NCBI GenBank assembly: GCA_024404675.1 | Contig: JAKSPO010000009.1 | Coordinates: 16,196 to 80,195 of the forward strand | Direction of reading: 5' to 3' | DNA: 64,000 bases | Source: Lachnospiraceae bacterium | Lineage (GTDB): Bacteria > Bacillota > Clostridia > Lachnospirales > Lachnospiraceae | The notes under the pieces: model-generated | What the model was told of the DNA's origin: nothing | What the model saw: the letters and a program-made list of their open reading frames with translations, nothing else | Databases searched by the model: none | Shown here: positions 54,761 through 64,000 of the stretch, in pieces | Layout of the letters: each line of letters starts with the position of its first letter | Position numbering within the stretch: the stretch's first letter is position 1 | Position numbers and translations under genes: made by a program

Positions 54761-56107
54761 ATGGCTAATGTAACATTTGACAGCTCCTTCGCAGCAAAGT
54801 TTATGCGTGAGGATGAGCTGGCACAGATCAAGACCGCTGCAGAGGCAGCAAAGAACGAGCTCGTGAGTAAGTCCGGCGCAGGCAATGATTTCCTTGGCTG
54901 GATTGATCTCCCGGTTGCTTACGACCGTGAGGAGTTCGCACGTATTAAGAAGGCAGCAGAGAAGATTCAGAGCGATTCCGAAGTACTCCTTGTTATCGGT
55001 ATCGGCGGCTCCTATCTCGGCGCAAGAGCTGCAATCGAGTTCCTTCGTCACAGCTTTTATAACAGCGTTTCCAAGGAGATTCGTAAGACTCCCGAGATTT
55101 ATTATGTAGGTAACAGCATCAGCTCCACCTACATCGCACATCTGAAGCAGGTAATCGGCGACCGTGATTTCTCCATCAATATGATCAGTAAGTCCGGTAC
55201 CACGACCGAGCCCGCTATCGCTTTCCGCGTATTTAAGAAGATGCTTATCGAGAAGTACGGTAAGGAAGAGGCGAACAAGCGTATCTATGCTACCACCGAT
55301 AAGGCAAGAGGAGCCCTCAAGAAGGTTGCCAACGAGGAAGGCTATGAGAGCTTCGTTGTTCCGGATGATGTAGGCGGCCGTTTCTCCGTTCTTACCGCAG
55401 TAGGTCTTCTGCCGATTGCAGTAAGCGGTGCCGATATCGACCAGCTGATGGCCGGTGCGGCAGCAATGCGTGAGCAGTGCCTGAACAATGCTTATGAGAA
55501 GAATGATGCCGTGAAATATGCGGCTGTTCGTAATATTTTATATCGTAAGGGTAAGGGTGTTGAGGTTCTTGCAAACTATGAGCCCTCCCTGCACTTTGTT
55601 TCCGAGTGGTGGAAGCAGCTTTACGGTGAGTCCGAGGGTAAGGATCAGAAGGGTATTTTCCCGGCAAGCGTTGATCTTACCACCGACCTTCATTCCATGG
55701 GTCAGTTCATTCAGGACGGCGCAAGAATCATGTTCGAGACCGTTATTGAGCTGACGAAGAGCACCGAAGAGATCGTTCTCGAGGCTGAGGATGTAGACCT
55801 CGACGGTATGAACTATCTTGCAGGCAAGACCGTAGATTTCGTAAACAAGAGTGCTATGAAGGGTACTCAGCTTGCACACATCGACGGCGGTGTTCCGAAC
55901 CTTATGATCAGAATTCCCGAGCAGAATGAGTTCTGCCTCGGCCAGCTGTTCTACTTCTTCGAGTTCGCCTGCGGCGTAAGCGGATATATGCTTGGCGTGA
56001 ATCCGTTCAACCAGCCCGGTGTTGAGAGCTACAAGAAGAACATGTTCGCTCTTCTTGGTAAGCCCGGCTACGAGGAGATGCGCGAGGAGCTTTTGAAGAG
56101 ACTGTAA
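54761..56107 (+). CDS. pgi: glucose-6-phosphate isomerase
   Basis: About 448 aa from MANVTFD (AAGAGAGG RBS). '[11 protein letters not shown]', 'SKSGTTTEP' and '[14 protein letters not shown]' motifs. Confidence 0.92.
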   Translation: MANVTFDSSFAAKFMREDELAQIKTAAEAAKNELVSKSGAGNDFLGWIDLPVAYDREEFARIKKAAEKIQSDSEVLLVIGIGGSYLGARAAIEFLRHSFYNSVSKEIRKTPEIYYVGNSISSTYIAHLKQVIGDRDFSINMISKSGTTTEPAIAFRVFKKMLIEKYGKEEANKRIYATTDKARGALKKVANEEGYESFVVPDDVGGRFSVLTAVGLLPIAVSGADIDQLMAGAAAMREQCLNNAYEKNDAVKYAAVRNILYRKGKGVEVLANYEPSLHFVSEWWKQLYGESEGKDQKGIFPASVDLTTDLHSMGQFIQDGARIMFETVIELTKSTEEIVLEAEDVDLDGMNYLAGKTVDFVNKSAMKGTQLAHIDGGVPNLMIRIPEQNEFCLGQLFYFFEFACGVSGYMLGVNPFNQPGVESYKKNMFALLGKPGYEEMREELLKRL

Positions 56108-56116
56108 TGTAGTGTA

Positions 56117-56144
56117 AAGGGGCTGCTTCGGCAGTCCCTTTTTG
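56117..56144 (+). terminator. rho-independent terminator after pgi
   Basis: AAGGGGCTGC-TTCG-GCAGTCCCTT followed by TTT. Confidence 0.7.
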
Positions 56145-56204
56145 GATAGTTCGGGAGACGCTTTAGCGAGATTCCCGGGTAAGAAAATGGATCGGAGGCA
56201 ATGT

Positions 56205-56960
56205 ATGTATCAGTTTAATGCAGAGCAGGCGGCAAATGCCTGCATCGAATGGATTCGTCGTTTTTTTGATGAGAACGGAAAGGACTGCAATGCAGTGCTT
56301 GGCATATCCGGCGGAAAGGACAGCACCGTGTCCGCCGCACTTTGTGCAAGAGCACTCGGACCGGATCGGGTAATCGGTGTTCTGATGCCGAACGGAGACC
56401 AGGCGGATATCGACTGCTCCTTCCAGATCTGTAAGCACCTGGGAATCCGTCATTATGTCATCAATATCAAGGATAGCTTCGACGGACTTAAGAAGGCACT
56501 TTCCGAGCAGATGGAGCTTTCCGCACAGACGACCATCAATATGGCACCAAGAATCCGTATGACTACGGTATATGCGGTTTCGCAGAGTCATAACGGTCGC
56601 GTAGTAAATACCTGCAATCTTTCCGAGGACTGGGTCGGTTATTCTACACGCTACGGCGATTCGGTCGGCGATTTCAGCCCGCTGTCGCATTTTACGGTAC
56701 AGGAGGTTAAGGCAATCGGTCGTTACCTCGGGGTTCCGATGAATCTTGTCGAGAAGGCACCTTCAGACGGTCTGTGCGGCCGTACCGATGAGGATAACCT
56801 CGGCTTTACCTATGCAGAGTTAGACCATTACATCCGTACCGGTGAGATCGAGAACGAAGAGCACAAGGCACTGATCGATCGGAAGCATCGCATCAACCTT
56901 TTTAAGCTTGCCCTGATGCCGTCCTTCGATATGGGTATCGAAGTAGCAATTCCGGAATAA
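56205..56960 (+). CDS. nadE: ammonia-dependent NAD+ synthetase
   Basis: About 251 aa from MYQFNAEQ (GGAGG RBS). PP-loop 'GISGGKDSTV' and 'EDWVGYSTRYGD' motifs. Confidence 0.88.
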   Translation: MYQFNAEQAANACIEWIRRFFDENGKDCNAVLGISGGKDSTVSAALCARALGPDRVIGVLMPNGDQADIDCSFQICKHLGIRHYVINIKDSFDGLKKALSEQMELSAQTTINMAPRIRMTTVYAVSQSHNGRVVNTCNLSEDWVGYSTRYGDSVGDFSPLSHFTVQEVKAIGRYLGVPMNLVEKAPSDGLCGRTDEDNLGFTYAELDHYIRTGEIENEEHKALIDRKHRINLFKLALMPSFDMGIEVAIPE

Positions 56961-56962
56961 AG

Positions 56963-56989
56963 AAAGCCGCCCTTTTGGGGCGGCTTTTG
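56963..56989. terminator. bidirectional terminator
   Basis: AAAGCCGCCC (56963-56972) pairs with GGGCGGCTTT (56978-56987). Confidence 0.8.
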
Positions 56990-57016
56990 TAACCTGAGTT
57001 AAATATTTACGCGTCA

Positions 57017-57592
57017 TCAACCCTTCTCGTGGCCGGCCATAAAAAGACCGAAGGTGCCGCCGCAGCAGCCGCCGACGATATGCGCGAGCTGGGAGATGTT
57101 GTCCTGACGGAAGCAATCCATAATCTGTCCGCCGAGGAAGATGATGCAGATGATGATAAATGTGATCGGAATCTCACCGCTCTTTACATTGGAAATAGAG
57201 GAGAGAATGATCAGCATGAATACAACGCCGCTTGCACCGAGAAGACCGTACTGCGGGAAGAAGATGCCATGGATAATGGCGGTCAGAACGATCGTGACGG
57301 CCATCATTTCCGCAAGTCCCTTGCTGCCGTACTTCTCCTCAACCAGAGGTCCGAGCAGAAGAATATAAGTGATGTTGCCGGCGAAATGTTCCCAGTTTGC
57401 ATGGCCGAAAGCATAGCCGATGGCACGAATGTAGGTCATCGGATTCAGAAGACCGGAATTGTAGGTAGAGAACAGTGTCCGGTTGGCCCAGCCGTTTGTA
57501 AGATTGTCTAGCAGAAGGGCAAGACCGCACATGCCTGCGAAGAAAAGTGTAACCGGTGCGTTAAAGCGAAAACGTCCCAAAAACTTTTTCAT
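57017..57592 (-). CDS. rhomboid family intramembrane serine protease
   Basis: Start at MKKFLG (AAAGGAGG RBS). 'HANWEHFAGN' (HxxxxHxxxN) and 'GASGVVF' (GxSG) motifs, with 6 helices. Confidence 0.8.
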   Translation of the reverse strand: MKKFLGRFRFNAPVTLFFAGMCGLALLLDNLTNGWANRTLFSTYNSGLLNPMTYIRAIGYAFGHANWEHFAGNITYILLLGPLVEEKYGSKGLAEMMAVTIVLTAIIHGIFFPQYGLLGASGVVFMLIILSSISNVKSGEIPITFIIICIIFLGGQIMDCFRQDNISQLAHIVGGCCGGTFGLFMAGHEKG

Positions 57593-57745
57593 GCGTGTTC
57601 CTCCTTTGAAACAGATTTTTTTAGATCCACACAAGTTCAATTTATCATAAGCGGCTGTGAATGTCAATGACTTTTACATTTGCCGCACTTGAAATCATAC
57701 CCGGAAGACGATATAATAATAGAATAATAAATCGGAGGCTTTGCA

Positions 57746-58417
57746 ATGAAGGCTGTTATTTTCGACATGTTTGAAACCCTGGTTTCCCTGTTCCATGGAA
57801 GAACGTATTTTTCGGAGGATATTGCTAAGGACCTGGGCATCCCTGAGGAGGAATTCAGAACTGCCTGGCATGCAACGGAATATGCCCGTACAATCGGTCA
57901 GTACACGATGGAGGAGGGCGTTTCCTTATCCCTTAAGGCAATCGGCAGATATTCCGAGGAGGCGGTGCGCCTTGTGGTCGAAAAGCGCCTTGCGGCACTG
58001 ACGGATACCTTTCAGTCTATCCCCGAGGAGACATTTGCACTTCTTACAGAGCTTCGGCAGCGTGGGCTTTATGTAGGGCTCATCAGCAACTGCTTCTCCG
58101 ATGAATGTGCCCTGATGCAGGCCTCGCCGTTATATCAATATTTCGATACGACGAAGCTTTCCTACGAGCAGGGCATCGCAAAGCCGGAGCAGACGATTTT
58201 CTTCCGCGCAATTGATGAACTCGGTATTGAACCGGAGGACTGCCTGTATGTCGGCGACGGCGGCTCGGGTGAGCTGGAGGCGGCAACCGCAATCGGTATG
58301 AAGGCGGTGCAGGCACAGTGGTTTCGAAAGGGATTTTATGAGCCGCACGTACCGTGCCCGGTGAAGACAGAGTTTGCACAGGCGCAGCACTGGCAGGACG
58401 TTCTTAAGTATCTCTAG
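57746..58417 (+). CDS. HAD superfamily hydrolase (subfamily IA)
   Basis: 223 aa. Motif I 'VIFDMFETLV', 'GLISN' and 'VGDGGSGEL'. Confidence 0.75.
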   Translation: MKAVIFDMFETLVSLFHGRTYFSEDIAKDLGIPEEEFRTAWHATEYARTIGQYTMEEGVSLSLKAIGRYSEEAVRLVVEKRLAALTDTFQSIPEETFALLTELRQRGLYVGLISNCFSDECALMQASPLYQYFDTTKLSYEQGIAKPEQTIFFRAIDELGIEPEDCLYVGDGGSGELEAATAIGMKAVQAQWFRKGFYEPHVPCPVKTEFAQAQHWQDVLKYL

Positions 58418-58435
58418 TTGGAAGGTTTCTTTGGT

Positions 58436-59479
58436 ATGAATAAGCTTTCGAACCGAACAATCGGATGGATATATGCCTATATTCATTTTACGGTAGAGGT
58501 TGTGTGCTTTCGGTGGTTTTACCTGCACGCGCACGACTGGGATGTGAATGCGGCATGGACCTACGCGCTTTTATATGACTGCCTGGCCTTCGTGCCACAG
58601 GCTTTGCTTGGAAGAATTACCGACCGTTATCCGAAGCTTCGCATCGGACCTGTCGGGGTAGCTTTATTGGCGGCGGGAATGTTTACGCCGTGGAATCCGC
58701 TTGCGTTACTCCTTCTTACGGCCGGCAATTGTGCCCTTCATGTAAGCGGTGCCAATGCTTCGCTTCGCGGGGCGAACGGGAAGCTTGGTCCAAGCGGAAT
58801 CTTCGTTGCGGGCGGTTCGGTCGGCGTGGTTTTGGGAACGCTTCTTGGGAGGTATCGGTATAGTTATGCACCGGTTCTTCTTTCTATTCTGTTAATAGCA
58901 GCCTTTTTGCTTACGATGTATCTTTGCAACCATACTGATATGACAAAGGATGCAGAAGGGTTTCACATTGCGGCCGATAAGCCGGTGCTTGCGATCATTC
59001 TTCTGACCTTTTTGGTCGTCTGCGCAAGGTCCTATGTCGGCTATGCGATTCCGATCGGCTGGAAGAAGGAGGACTGGCAGACGGTCATGCTCTTTTTGTG
59101 TATGGCCCTCGGCAAAGGAGCCGGTGGCGTTCTGGCGGACCGATTCGGTGCAAGAATAACGGCGGTTATGAGCCTTACTATTGCACTTCCGCTTCTGTGC
59201 TTCGGCAATTCCCTGATGCTTGTGTCGCTTCTCGGGGTGGCTTTGTTCAGCATGACGATGGCCATAAGCCTCGGTGCGTTGGTGTCTGTGATGCCAAGGG
59301 AGCCGGGCAGGGCGTTCGGAATTACGACGGTTGCGTTGTTTCTAGGAAGCCTGCCTCGCTTTTTTGTGAAACCGGAGGGGCTTACGGCACAGATTATAAT
59401 TGTTATTGTACTTTCACTTGCGGCAATCCTTTGCTGCATGCTTTCGCTGCGCGGTAGACGCGATAAGGAGATTATATGA
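58436..59479 (+). CDS. hypothetical polytopic membrane protein
   Basis: About 347 aa with roughly 10 hydrophobic segments. Begins 19 nt after the HAD stop. No family recognised. Confidence 0.55.
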   Translation: MNKLSNRTIGWIYAYIHFTVEVVCFRWFYLHAHDWDVNAAWTYALLYDCLAFVPQALLGRITDRYPKLRIGPVGVALLAAGMFTPWNPLALLLLTAGNCALHVSGANASLRGANGKLGPSGIFVAGGSVGVVLGTLLGRYRYSYAPVLLSILLIAAFLLTMYLCNHTDMTKDAEGFHIAADKPVLAIILLTFLVVCARSYVGYAIPIGWKKEDWQTVMLFLCMALGKGAGGVLADRFGARITAVMSLTIALPLLCFGNSLMLVSLLGVALFSMTMAISLGALVSVMPREPGRAFGITTVALFLGSLPRFFVKPEGLTAQIIIVIVLSLAAILCCMLSLRGRRDKEII

Positions 59480-59661
59480 TTGATTGGATGCTTTTTCTGG
59501 ATGAGGTTGTGATAGACAGACCCGATGCCCTGCTTGGGGAGAAGGGCATCGTTGCCCTGATTATCGCAGGAGCACTTACGTTACTTTCGCTTTTGGCTCT
59601 TTTCTTTACAAAGGGAAAGAGTGCGAAGAAGCGTGAAGATGCGGAAGAAGAGAAGAACTGA
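59476..59661 (+). CDS. small membrane protein (61 aa), hypothetical
   Basis: ATGA overlap with the upstream gene. One TM (IVALIIAGALTLLSLLALFF) and a charged tail. Confidence 0.45.
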   Translation: MIDWMLFLDEVVIDRPDALLGEKGIVALIIAGALTLLSLLALFFTKGKSAKKREDAEEEKN

Positions 59662-59666
59662 GTGTT

Positions 59667-60017
59667 ATGCGAAGCTTATACTATCTGATGCTTGCACTGC
59701 TTGTGACCATCCTTGTCGAAGGGTGTATCGTAGCGCTTTGGAAGCGAAATCGTCGCTTTCTTATGTGCAGTGTACTTTGCAATATCGCAACCAATCCGCT
59801 TCTGAATGTTTTCTTGCTGATTCTTCGCGAGCAGTTTGGAATCGGTGGAGCATACCATGCGATGGTTGCGGCAGGAGAGATACTCGTTGTTTTGTTTGAA
59901 GCCTTTCTCTATTCGGTATATATGGGAAGGAGCTACCGGAGCTGTCTTTTGGTTTCCCTTGTACTGAATCTTTCGAGTTACGGCTTCGGAATTGTGTTCG
60001 GAGATTTGATATGGTAA
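59667..60017 (+). CDS. hypothetical membrane protein (116 aa)
   Basis: Four hydrophobic segments. Overlaps the next gene by 7 nt. Confidence 0.5.
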   Translation: MRSLYYLMLALLVTILVEGCIVALWKRNRRFLMCSVLCNIATNPLLNVFLLILREQFGIGGAYHAMVAAGEILVVLFEAFLYSVYMGRSYRSCLLVSLVLNLSSYGFGIVFGDLIW

Positions 60018-60553
60018 AGCTGAGAGCTTATTCGAAAAGTGATGCGGAGACGATCGTACGGTGGATCTCCGATGAGAAGATGTTTTATTTGTGGAGCGCG
60101 GGACGTCACGGCGTATACCCGCCTACGCCGGCTACAATCAACAGAACCTATGCCGGCTCGGATACGGACAATGATTTCTTCCCATTTACCGCCTACGATG
60201 AGACGGGAATTGTCGGGCATATGATCATGCGTTATCCCGATTCGACCGACCGGACGAAGCTTCGTTTCGGTTATATTATTGTCGATTCCGCAAAGCGCGG
60301 GAAGGGCTACGGCGCGAAAATGCTGCGGGAGGCTCTCCGCCTTGCGTTTGAACAGTATGCAGTCGAGCAGGTAAGCCTCGGTGTATTCAGAGACAATACG
60401 TCTGCTTCGCTATGTTATCTATCCGTCGGATTCCATGTTCCTACGGAGGGCGAGCTGCCCGCGCAGGAACGGGAGATGATTCAAAACGAGGAATGGATTG
60501 TCTATAATCTGGTCATGAACAGAGAAGATTACTACAAGAGTAGAACGCGGTAA
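60011..60553 (+). CDS. GNAT family N-acetyltransferase
   Basis: 180 aa with 'KRGKGYGAKMLREAL' acetyl-CoA motif. Confidence 0.75.
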   Translation: MVKLRAYSKSDAETIVRWISDEKMFYLWSAGRHGVYPPTPATINRTYAGSDTDNDFFPFTAYDETGIVGHMIMRYPDSTDRTKLRFGYIIVDSAKRGKGYGAKMLREALRLAFEQYAVEQVSLGVFRDNTSASLCYLSVGFHVPTEGELPAQEREMIQNEEWIVYNLVMNREDYYKSRTR

Positions 60554-60588
60554 ATGCAGGAACGTCCGACGTTTCCAGGAAGCTCCCC

Positions 60589-61725
60589 TTAGTCCTCGGG
60601 AAGCTTCAGATCGTTCTCCTTGATCCAGCCGAGCTTACGAAGCAGTTCGCAGAGGGCTACGGAGATGACTGCGGGAAGCACGAAGCTGATCAGGACAAGA
60701 CCAATCCAGTCCATGGCAAGCGGTGTATGTCCGGTATTGCTCCAACCGGTGATGACACCGATCTGGCCGACAAGACCACAGGTACCCATACCGCCGCATA
60801 CGCCGGCGCCGTCCATACGAAGCTTGAAAACACAGGTCGAAAGCGGACCGGTGATTGCGGAAGCAATAATCGGCGGGAGCCAGATGCGGGGATTTCTGAT
60901 GATATTGCCCATCTGTAGCATACTGGTGCCAAGACCTTGGGAAAGAAGACCGCCGACGCGGTTCTCACGGAAGCTCATAAAAGCAAAACCGATCATCTGC
61001 GCAGAGCAGCCGGCAACCGCCGCACCACCTGCAAGACCGGAGATACCGATTGCAGCACAGATTGCGGCACTGCTGATCGGAAGCGTTAAAGCAATACCGA
61101 TAACAACGGCAATCAGAAGACCCATCACGAACGGAACCTGCTCCGTTGCCCAGTTGATGAAGGTACCGATCTCACTCGCCCATTTGCCGATGGTAGGAGC
61201 GCAAAGGATTGCGAGAATGCCGCCGGTGAAGATTGTTACGAACGGTGTAACAAGGATGTCCACCTTGGTTTCTTTTGAAACGAGCTTACCAAGCTCGACT
61301 GCAATGATTGTGATCAATAGAACCGCGAGCGGACCGCCTGCGCCGCCTTCTGCATTGGCGGCTACGCCGACAGCGAGAGACGAGAACAGAACAAGCGGCG
61401 GAGCCTGCAAGGCATACGCGATGGCAACTGCCATGGCAGGACCTGCGGCATTCTTTGCAAAGCCGCCGATCTTAACGAAATATTCGCAAAGCCGCTGAAG
61501 CCAGGTGATATCTGCGGGCAATGCCTTGGCACACTGCTCACCGAGTGTAGCGATAATGGTGCCGATTAATAAAGATGCGAATAAGCCATGCGCCATTGCA
61601 CCGAGTGCATCGATGCCGTAACGCTTGCCGGATATCACGATATTCTTCTTCGTGAGAAAATGTCTGAAGCCGCCCTTATTCTCCTGCTTAGGGGTGCTTA
61701 CAGCTTCTGTGTCGTTCTTTTTCAT
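60589..61725 (-). CDS. polytopic membrane protein, PTS EIIC_2-like (putative permease)
   Basis: 378 aa, Gly/Ala-rich with about 10 helices. 'GIDALGAMAHGLFASLLIGTII' resembles stand-alone EIIC_2 family proteins as I recall them. Low certainty. Confidence 0.4.
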   Translation of the reverse strand: MKKNDTEAVSTPKQENKGGFRHFLTKKNIVISGKRYGIDALGAMAHGLFASLLIGTIIATLGEQCAKALPADITWLQRLCEYFVKIGGFAKNAAGPAMAVAIAYALQAPPLVLFSSLAVGVAANAEGGAGGPLAVLLITIIAVELGKLVSKETKVDILVTPFVTIFTGGILAILCAPTIGKWASEIGTFINWATEQVPFVMGLLIAVVIGIALTLPISSAAICAAIGISGLAGGAAVAGCSAQMIGFAFMSFRENRVGGLLSQGLGTSMLQMGNIIRNPRIWLPPIIASAITGPLSTCVFKLRMDGAGVCGGMGTCGLVGQIGVITGWSNTGHTPLAMDWIGLVLISFVLPAVISVALCELLRKLGWIKENDLKLPED

Positions 61726-61966
61726 AGTCAGTCCGCCTTTCTGATACGGATTTCCGACGCTACGCGTCGAATCGGTACGAAACGTGGGTACGCTTCGGTT
61801 GAATAGATAGTATCATATTGCTACCAATGAAGCAATGGTAAATATTTACATAAAAAAATGTTTGGCTAAACGGTATTTCGGCATTTTCCCAAACGTAAAA
61901 ATAGTATGCTATAAGGGTATGGTTTTATTTTCTCCGAAGGGACTTCGGAGGGAAATGTGAGGCAGA

Positions 61967-62542
61967 GTGCAGATGGACGGAGATTTGTTGGAACTGAAGG
62001 AGCAGGCCGCCGCAGCAACGGAGGAATTGATTGCCCTTGCGGGACTTAGCGCAGGCAGTCTTTTGGTTGTCGGTTGTTCCTCAAGTGAGATTGCGGGCAG
62101 CAGAATCGGAAGCGATTCGAGACCGCAGGTTGCCGATGCGGTATATGAAGGAATCGCAGGCGTCCTTTCTAAGCACGGAATCTATCTTGCGGCACAGTGC
62201 TGTGAGCATCTGAACCGTGCGCTGATTGTTGAGAAGGAATATTTCGACCGTGAGCTTCGGTTCTTCACGGAACGCGTGAATGTCATTCCGCAGCCGAAGG
62301 CAGGCGGTTCGTTTGCAACAGCCGCATACCGGGAGATGAAGGCCCCCGTTGCGGTAGAGGAGGTAAGAGCCGACGCCGGCATGGATATCGGCGGAACGCT
62401 TATCGGAATGCACCTTAAGCGGGTGGCGGTTCCGGTGCGCCTCAAAGTAAAGCAGATCGGTGAGGCTTCCCTTCTGGCGGCAAGAACGAGACTTAAGTTT
62501 ACCGGTGGTCAAAGAGCCGTGTATGATGAAAGCCTGAACTGA
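61967..62542 (+). CDS. TIGR01440/DUF436 (UPF0340) family protein
   Basis: 191 aa. 'LLVVGCSSSEI.G..IG' and 'AAQCCEHLNRAL' motifs typical of this family. Confidence 0.6.
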   Translation: MQMDGDLLELKEQAAAATEELIALAGLSAGSLLVVGCSSSEIAGSRIGSDSRPQVADAVYEGIAGVLSKHGIYLAAQCCEHLNRALIVEKEYFDRELRFFTERVNVIPQPKAGGSFATAAYREMKAPVAVEEVRADAGMDIGGTLIGMHLKRVAVPVRLKVKQIGEASLLAARTRLKFTGGQRAVYDESLN

Positions 62543-62624
62543 TTTTCAGATAGGTTATAGCTATTTTACGAAAGCGGTATCATAGCATTTTACAACGAAA
62601 ATATTTGGAAGAGAGGAACGGAAT

Positions 62625-64000
62625 ATGGGCGGATTTTTTGGAGTAGCAGCGAAAGAGGATTGTGTTTTTGATTTGTTCTTCGGAACGGACTATCATTCAC
62701 ACCTTGGAACAAGAAGAGCCGGAATGGCGGTTTATGACAAGGAGGAGGGCTTTGCGAAGGCAATCCACAAGATTGAGAATTCTCCCTTCCGTACCAAGTT
62801 TGACAAGGAAGCCAACACGATGCACGGTTGCTACGGAATCGGTTCCATCTCCGATTTCGAGCCCCAGCCGATTATGGTACATTCGCACCACGGTACATTT
62901 GCCGTAACAACGGTCGGTAAGATTAACAACGCCGATACGCTGGTGGAGGAGATTTTGAAGAATCATTCTCACTTCTTTGTAATGAGTAACGGCAATGTCA
63001 ACCCGACTGAGCTGGTTGCCGCGCTGATTGATCAGAAGGAGAACTTTATTGACGGTATCCGTTACGCCCTCGATGTTATCGACGGAAGCCTTTCTGTTTT
63101 AGTACTTACGGAGCGCGGTATCTATGCGGGTCGTGACAATCACGGACGTACGCCGATCAGCATCGGTCGTAAGGACGGCGCAATCTGCGCAACCTTCGAG
63201 AGCAGTGCTTTCACGAACCTTGGTTATGCACCGCTTCGCGAGCTGAAGCCCGGTGAGATCGTTGTATTCGACTCCGAGAAGCTGCATACCCTTTCCGAGC
63301 CCGAGAATGCCCGCATGAAGATCTGTACCTTCCTTTGGATCTACTACGGCTATCCGTCAACCTCTTATGAAGGCATCAGTGTTGAGAAGATGCGTTATCA
63401 TTGCGGTGAGAAGCTTGCAGGACGTGACAATGTTAAGGCTGACATCGTTGTCGGCGTTCCGGATTCCGGTACCGCACATGCAATCGGCTATTCCAACGCC
63501 GCAGGCATTCCCTTCTCAAGACCGCTCATCAAATATACCCCTACCTGGCCTCGTTCCTTTATGCCGACGATGCAGCAGAACCGTGACCTGATTGCTAAGA
63601 TGAAGCTGATTGCGGTTCCCGACCTCATCAAGGGCAAGAGCATGGTAGTAATTGACGACTCCATCGTGCGCGGAACACAGCTTCGCGAGACCGCTGAGTT
63701 CCTGATCGAAAGCGGTGCAACGGAGGTACATGTAAGACCTGCCTGCCCGCCGATCATGTATGGCTGCAAATACCTGAATTTCTCCCGCTCCAAGTCCGAG
63801 ATGGAGCTGATTTCAAGAAGAACCATCGTTGCGCTTGAGGGCACCGAGGATGTCAGCAAGGAAGTACTGAAGGAGTACTGCGATCCGGATTCCGAGCGTT
63901 ACCAGCGTATGGTTGACAGCATTTGCAAGCAGTTGAATTTCACATCCTTGCGTTATCACCGTTTGGATGATATGATAGAATCTGTGGGTATTGAACCTGA
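62625..64000 (+). CDS. purF: amidophosphoribosyltransferase-like class II glutamine amidotransferase (3' end beyond window)
   Basis: The ATG at 62625 (GAGAGGAA RBS) stays open to the window end, so it is not in the ORF track. 'MGGFFGVAAKEDCVFDLFFGTDYHSHLGTRR', PRPP motif 'MVVIDDSIVRGTQ' and 'VGVPDSG'. Confidence 0.75.
   Translation, partial: MGGFFGVAAKEDCVFDLFFGTDYHSHLGTRRAGMAVYDKEEGFAKAIHKIENSPFRTKFDKEANTMHGCYGIGSISDFEPQPIMVHSHHGTFAVTTVGKINNADTLVEEILKNHSHFFVMSNGNVNPTELVAALIDQKENFIDGIRYALDVIDGSLSVLVLTERGIYAGRDNHGRTPISIGRKDGAICATFESSAFTNLGYAPLRELKPGEIVVFDSEKLHTLSEPENARMKICTFLWIYYGYPSTSYEGISVEKMRYHCGEKLAGRDNVKADIVVGVPDSGTAHAIGYSNAAGIPFSRPLIKYTPTWPRSFMPTMQQNRDLIAKMKLIAVPDLIKGKSMVVIDDSIVRGTQLRETAEFLIESGATEVHVRPACPPIMYGCKYLNFSRSKSEMELISRRTIVALEGTEDVSKEVLKEYCDPDSERYQRMVDSICKQLNFTSLRYHRLDDMIESVGIEP

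Noticed and set aside
62625-62700. The PurF-like protein begins MGGFFG, lacking the Cys2 N-terminal nucleophile of class II amidotransferases. This suggested a possibly inactive paralogue.
   Set aside because: A Cys occurs at residue 13 in 'KEDC-VFDLFFG', resembling the Bacillus subtilis PurF propeptide junction (...EEC-GVFGIWG). The protein is probably processed to expose Cys13, so this is not evidence of a missing nucleophile.
1-64000. Search for mobile elements, integrases, transposases, toxin-antitoxin or defence-system genes, tRNA and rRNA.
   Set aside because: No ORF showed recombinase, transposase, restriction, Cas or abortive-infection-type motifs. No inverted terminal repeats or tRNA-like cloverleaf candidates were noticed. 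The window appears to be core or metabolic chromosome rather than an island.

Overview
The window looks like chromosomal DNA from a Gram-positive anaerobe. My guess is Clostridia, Lachnospiraceae or Oscillospiraceae-like, based on protein signatures, GGAGG-type ribosome-binding sites (RBS), lipoprotein boxes and Pro/Thr linkers. Coding density is high, and I found no rRNA, tRNA, CRISPR array or obvious mobile element.

Two gene classes dominate. The first is a scattered set of xylan/arabinoxylan-type glycoside hydrolases: two GH10 xylanases, a GH120-like beta-helix enzyme, GH51, GH31, a domain-permuted GH3 and a heparinase II/III-like protein. The second is housekeeping genes: metY-cysK, pdxK, ptsI, csp, pgi, nadE, purF, panE and an AlaX-type editing protein.

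Five regions deserve a second look:
1. A 38-codon Cys/Met-rich leader ORF with alternative terminator/antiterminator pairing lies upstream of metY-cysK (3109-3362).
2. Five copies of a 35-nt hairpin-plus-AAGGA unit sit immediately upstream of the GH120-like gene (13681-13904).
3. A cobalamin-riboswitch-controlled ECF transporter operon also encodes two surface DUF4430 proteins. One of them resembles a transcobalamin split by a membrane hairpin (33718-39891).
4. An ECF-type sigma factor is fused to a transmembrane and extracellular extension. The same TGAATG-N16-CGTCT promoter-like motif occurs upstream of this gene and of the downstream lipoprotein gene (49998-53234).
5. A TldD/TldE pair is followed by a polytopic membrane protein (10169-13584).

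All family assignments come from motif recognition by eye, and start codons were chosen by RBS inspection. No database search was run.
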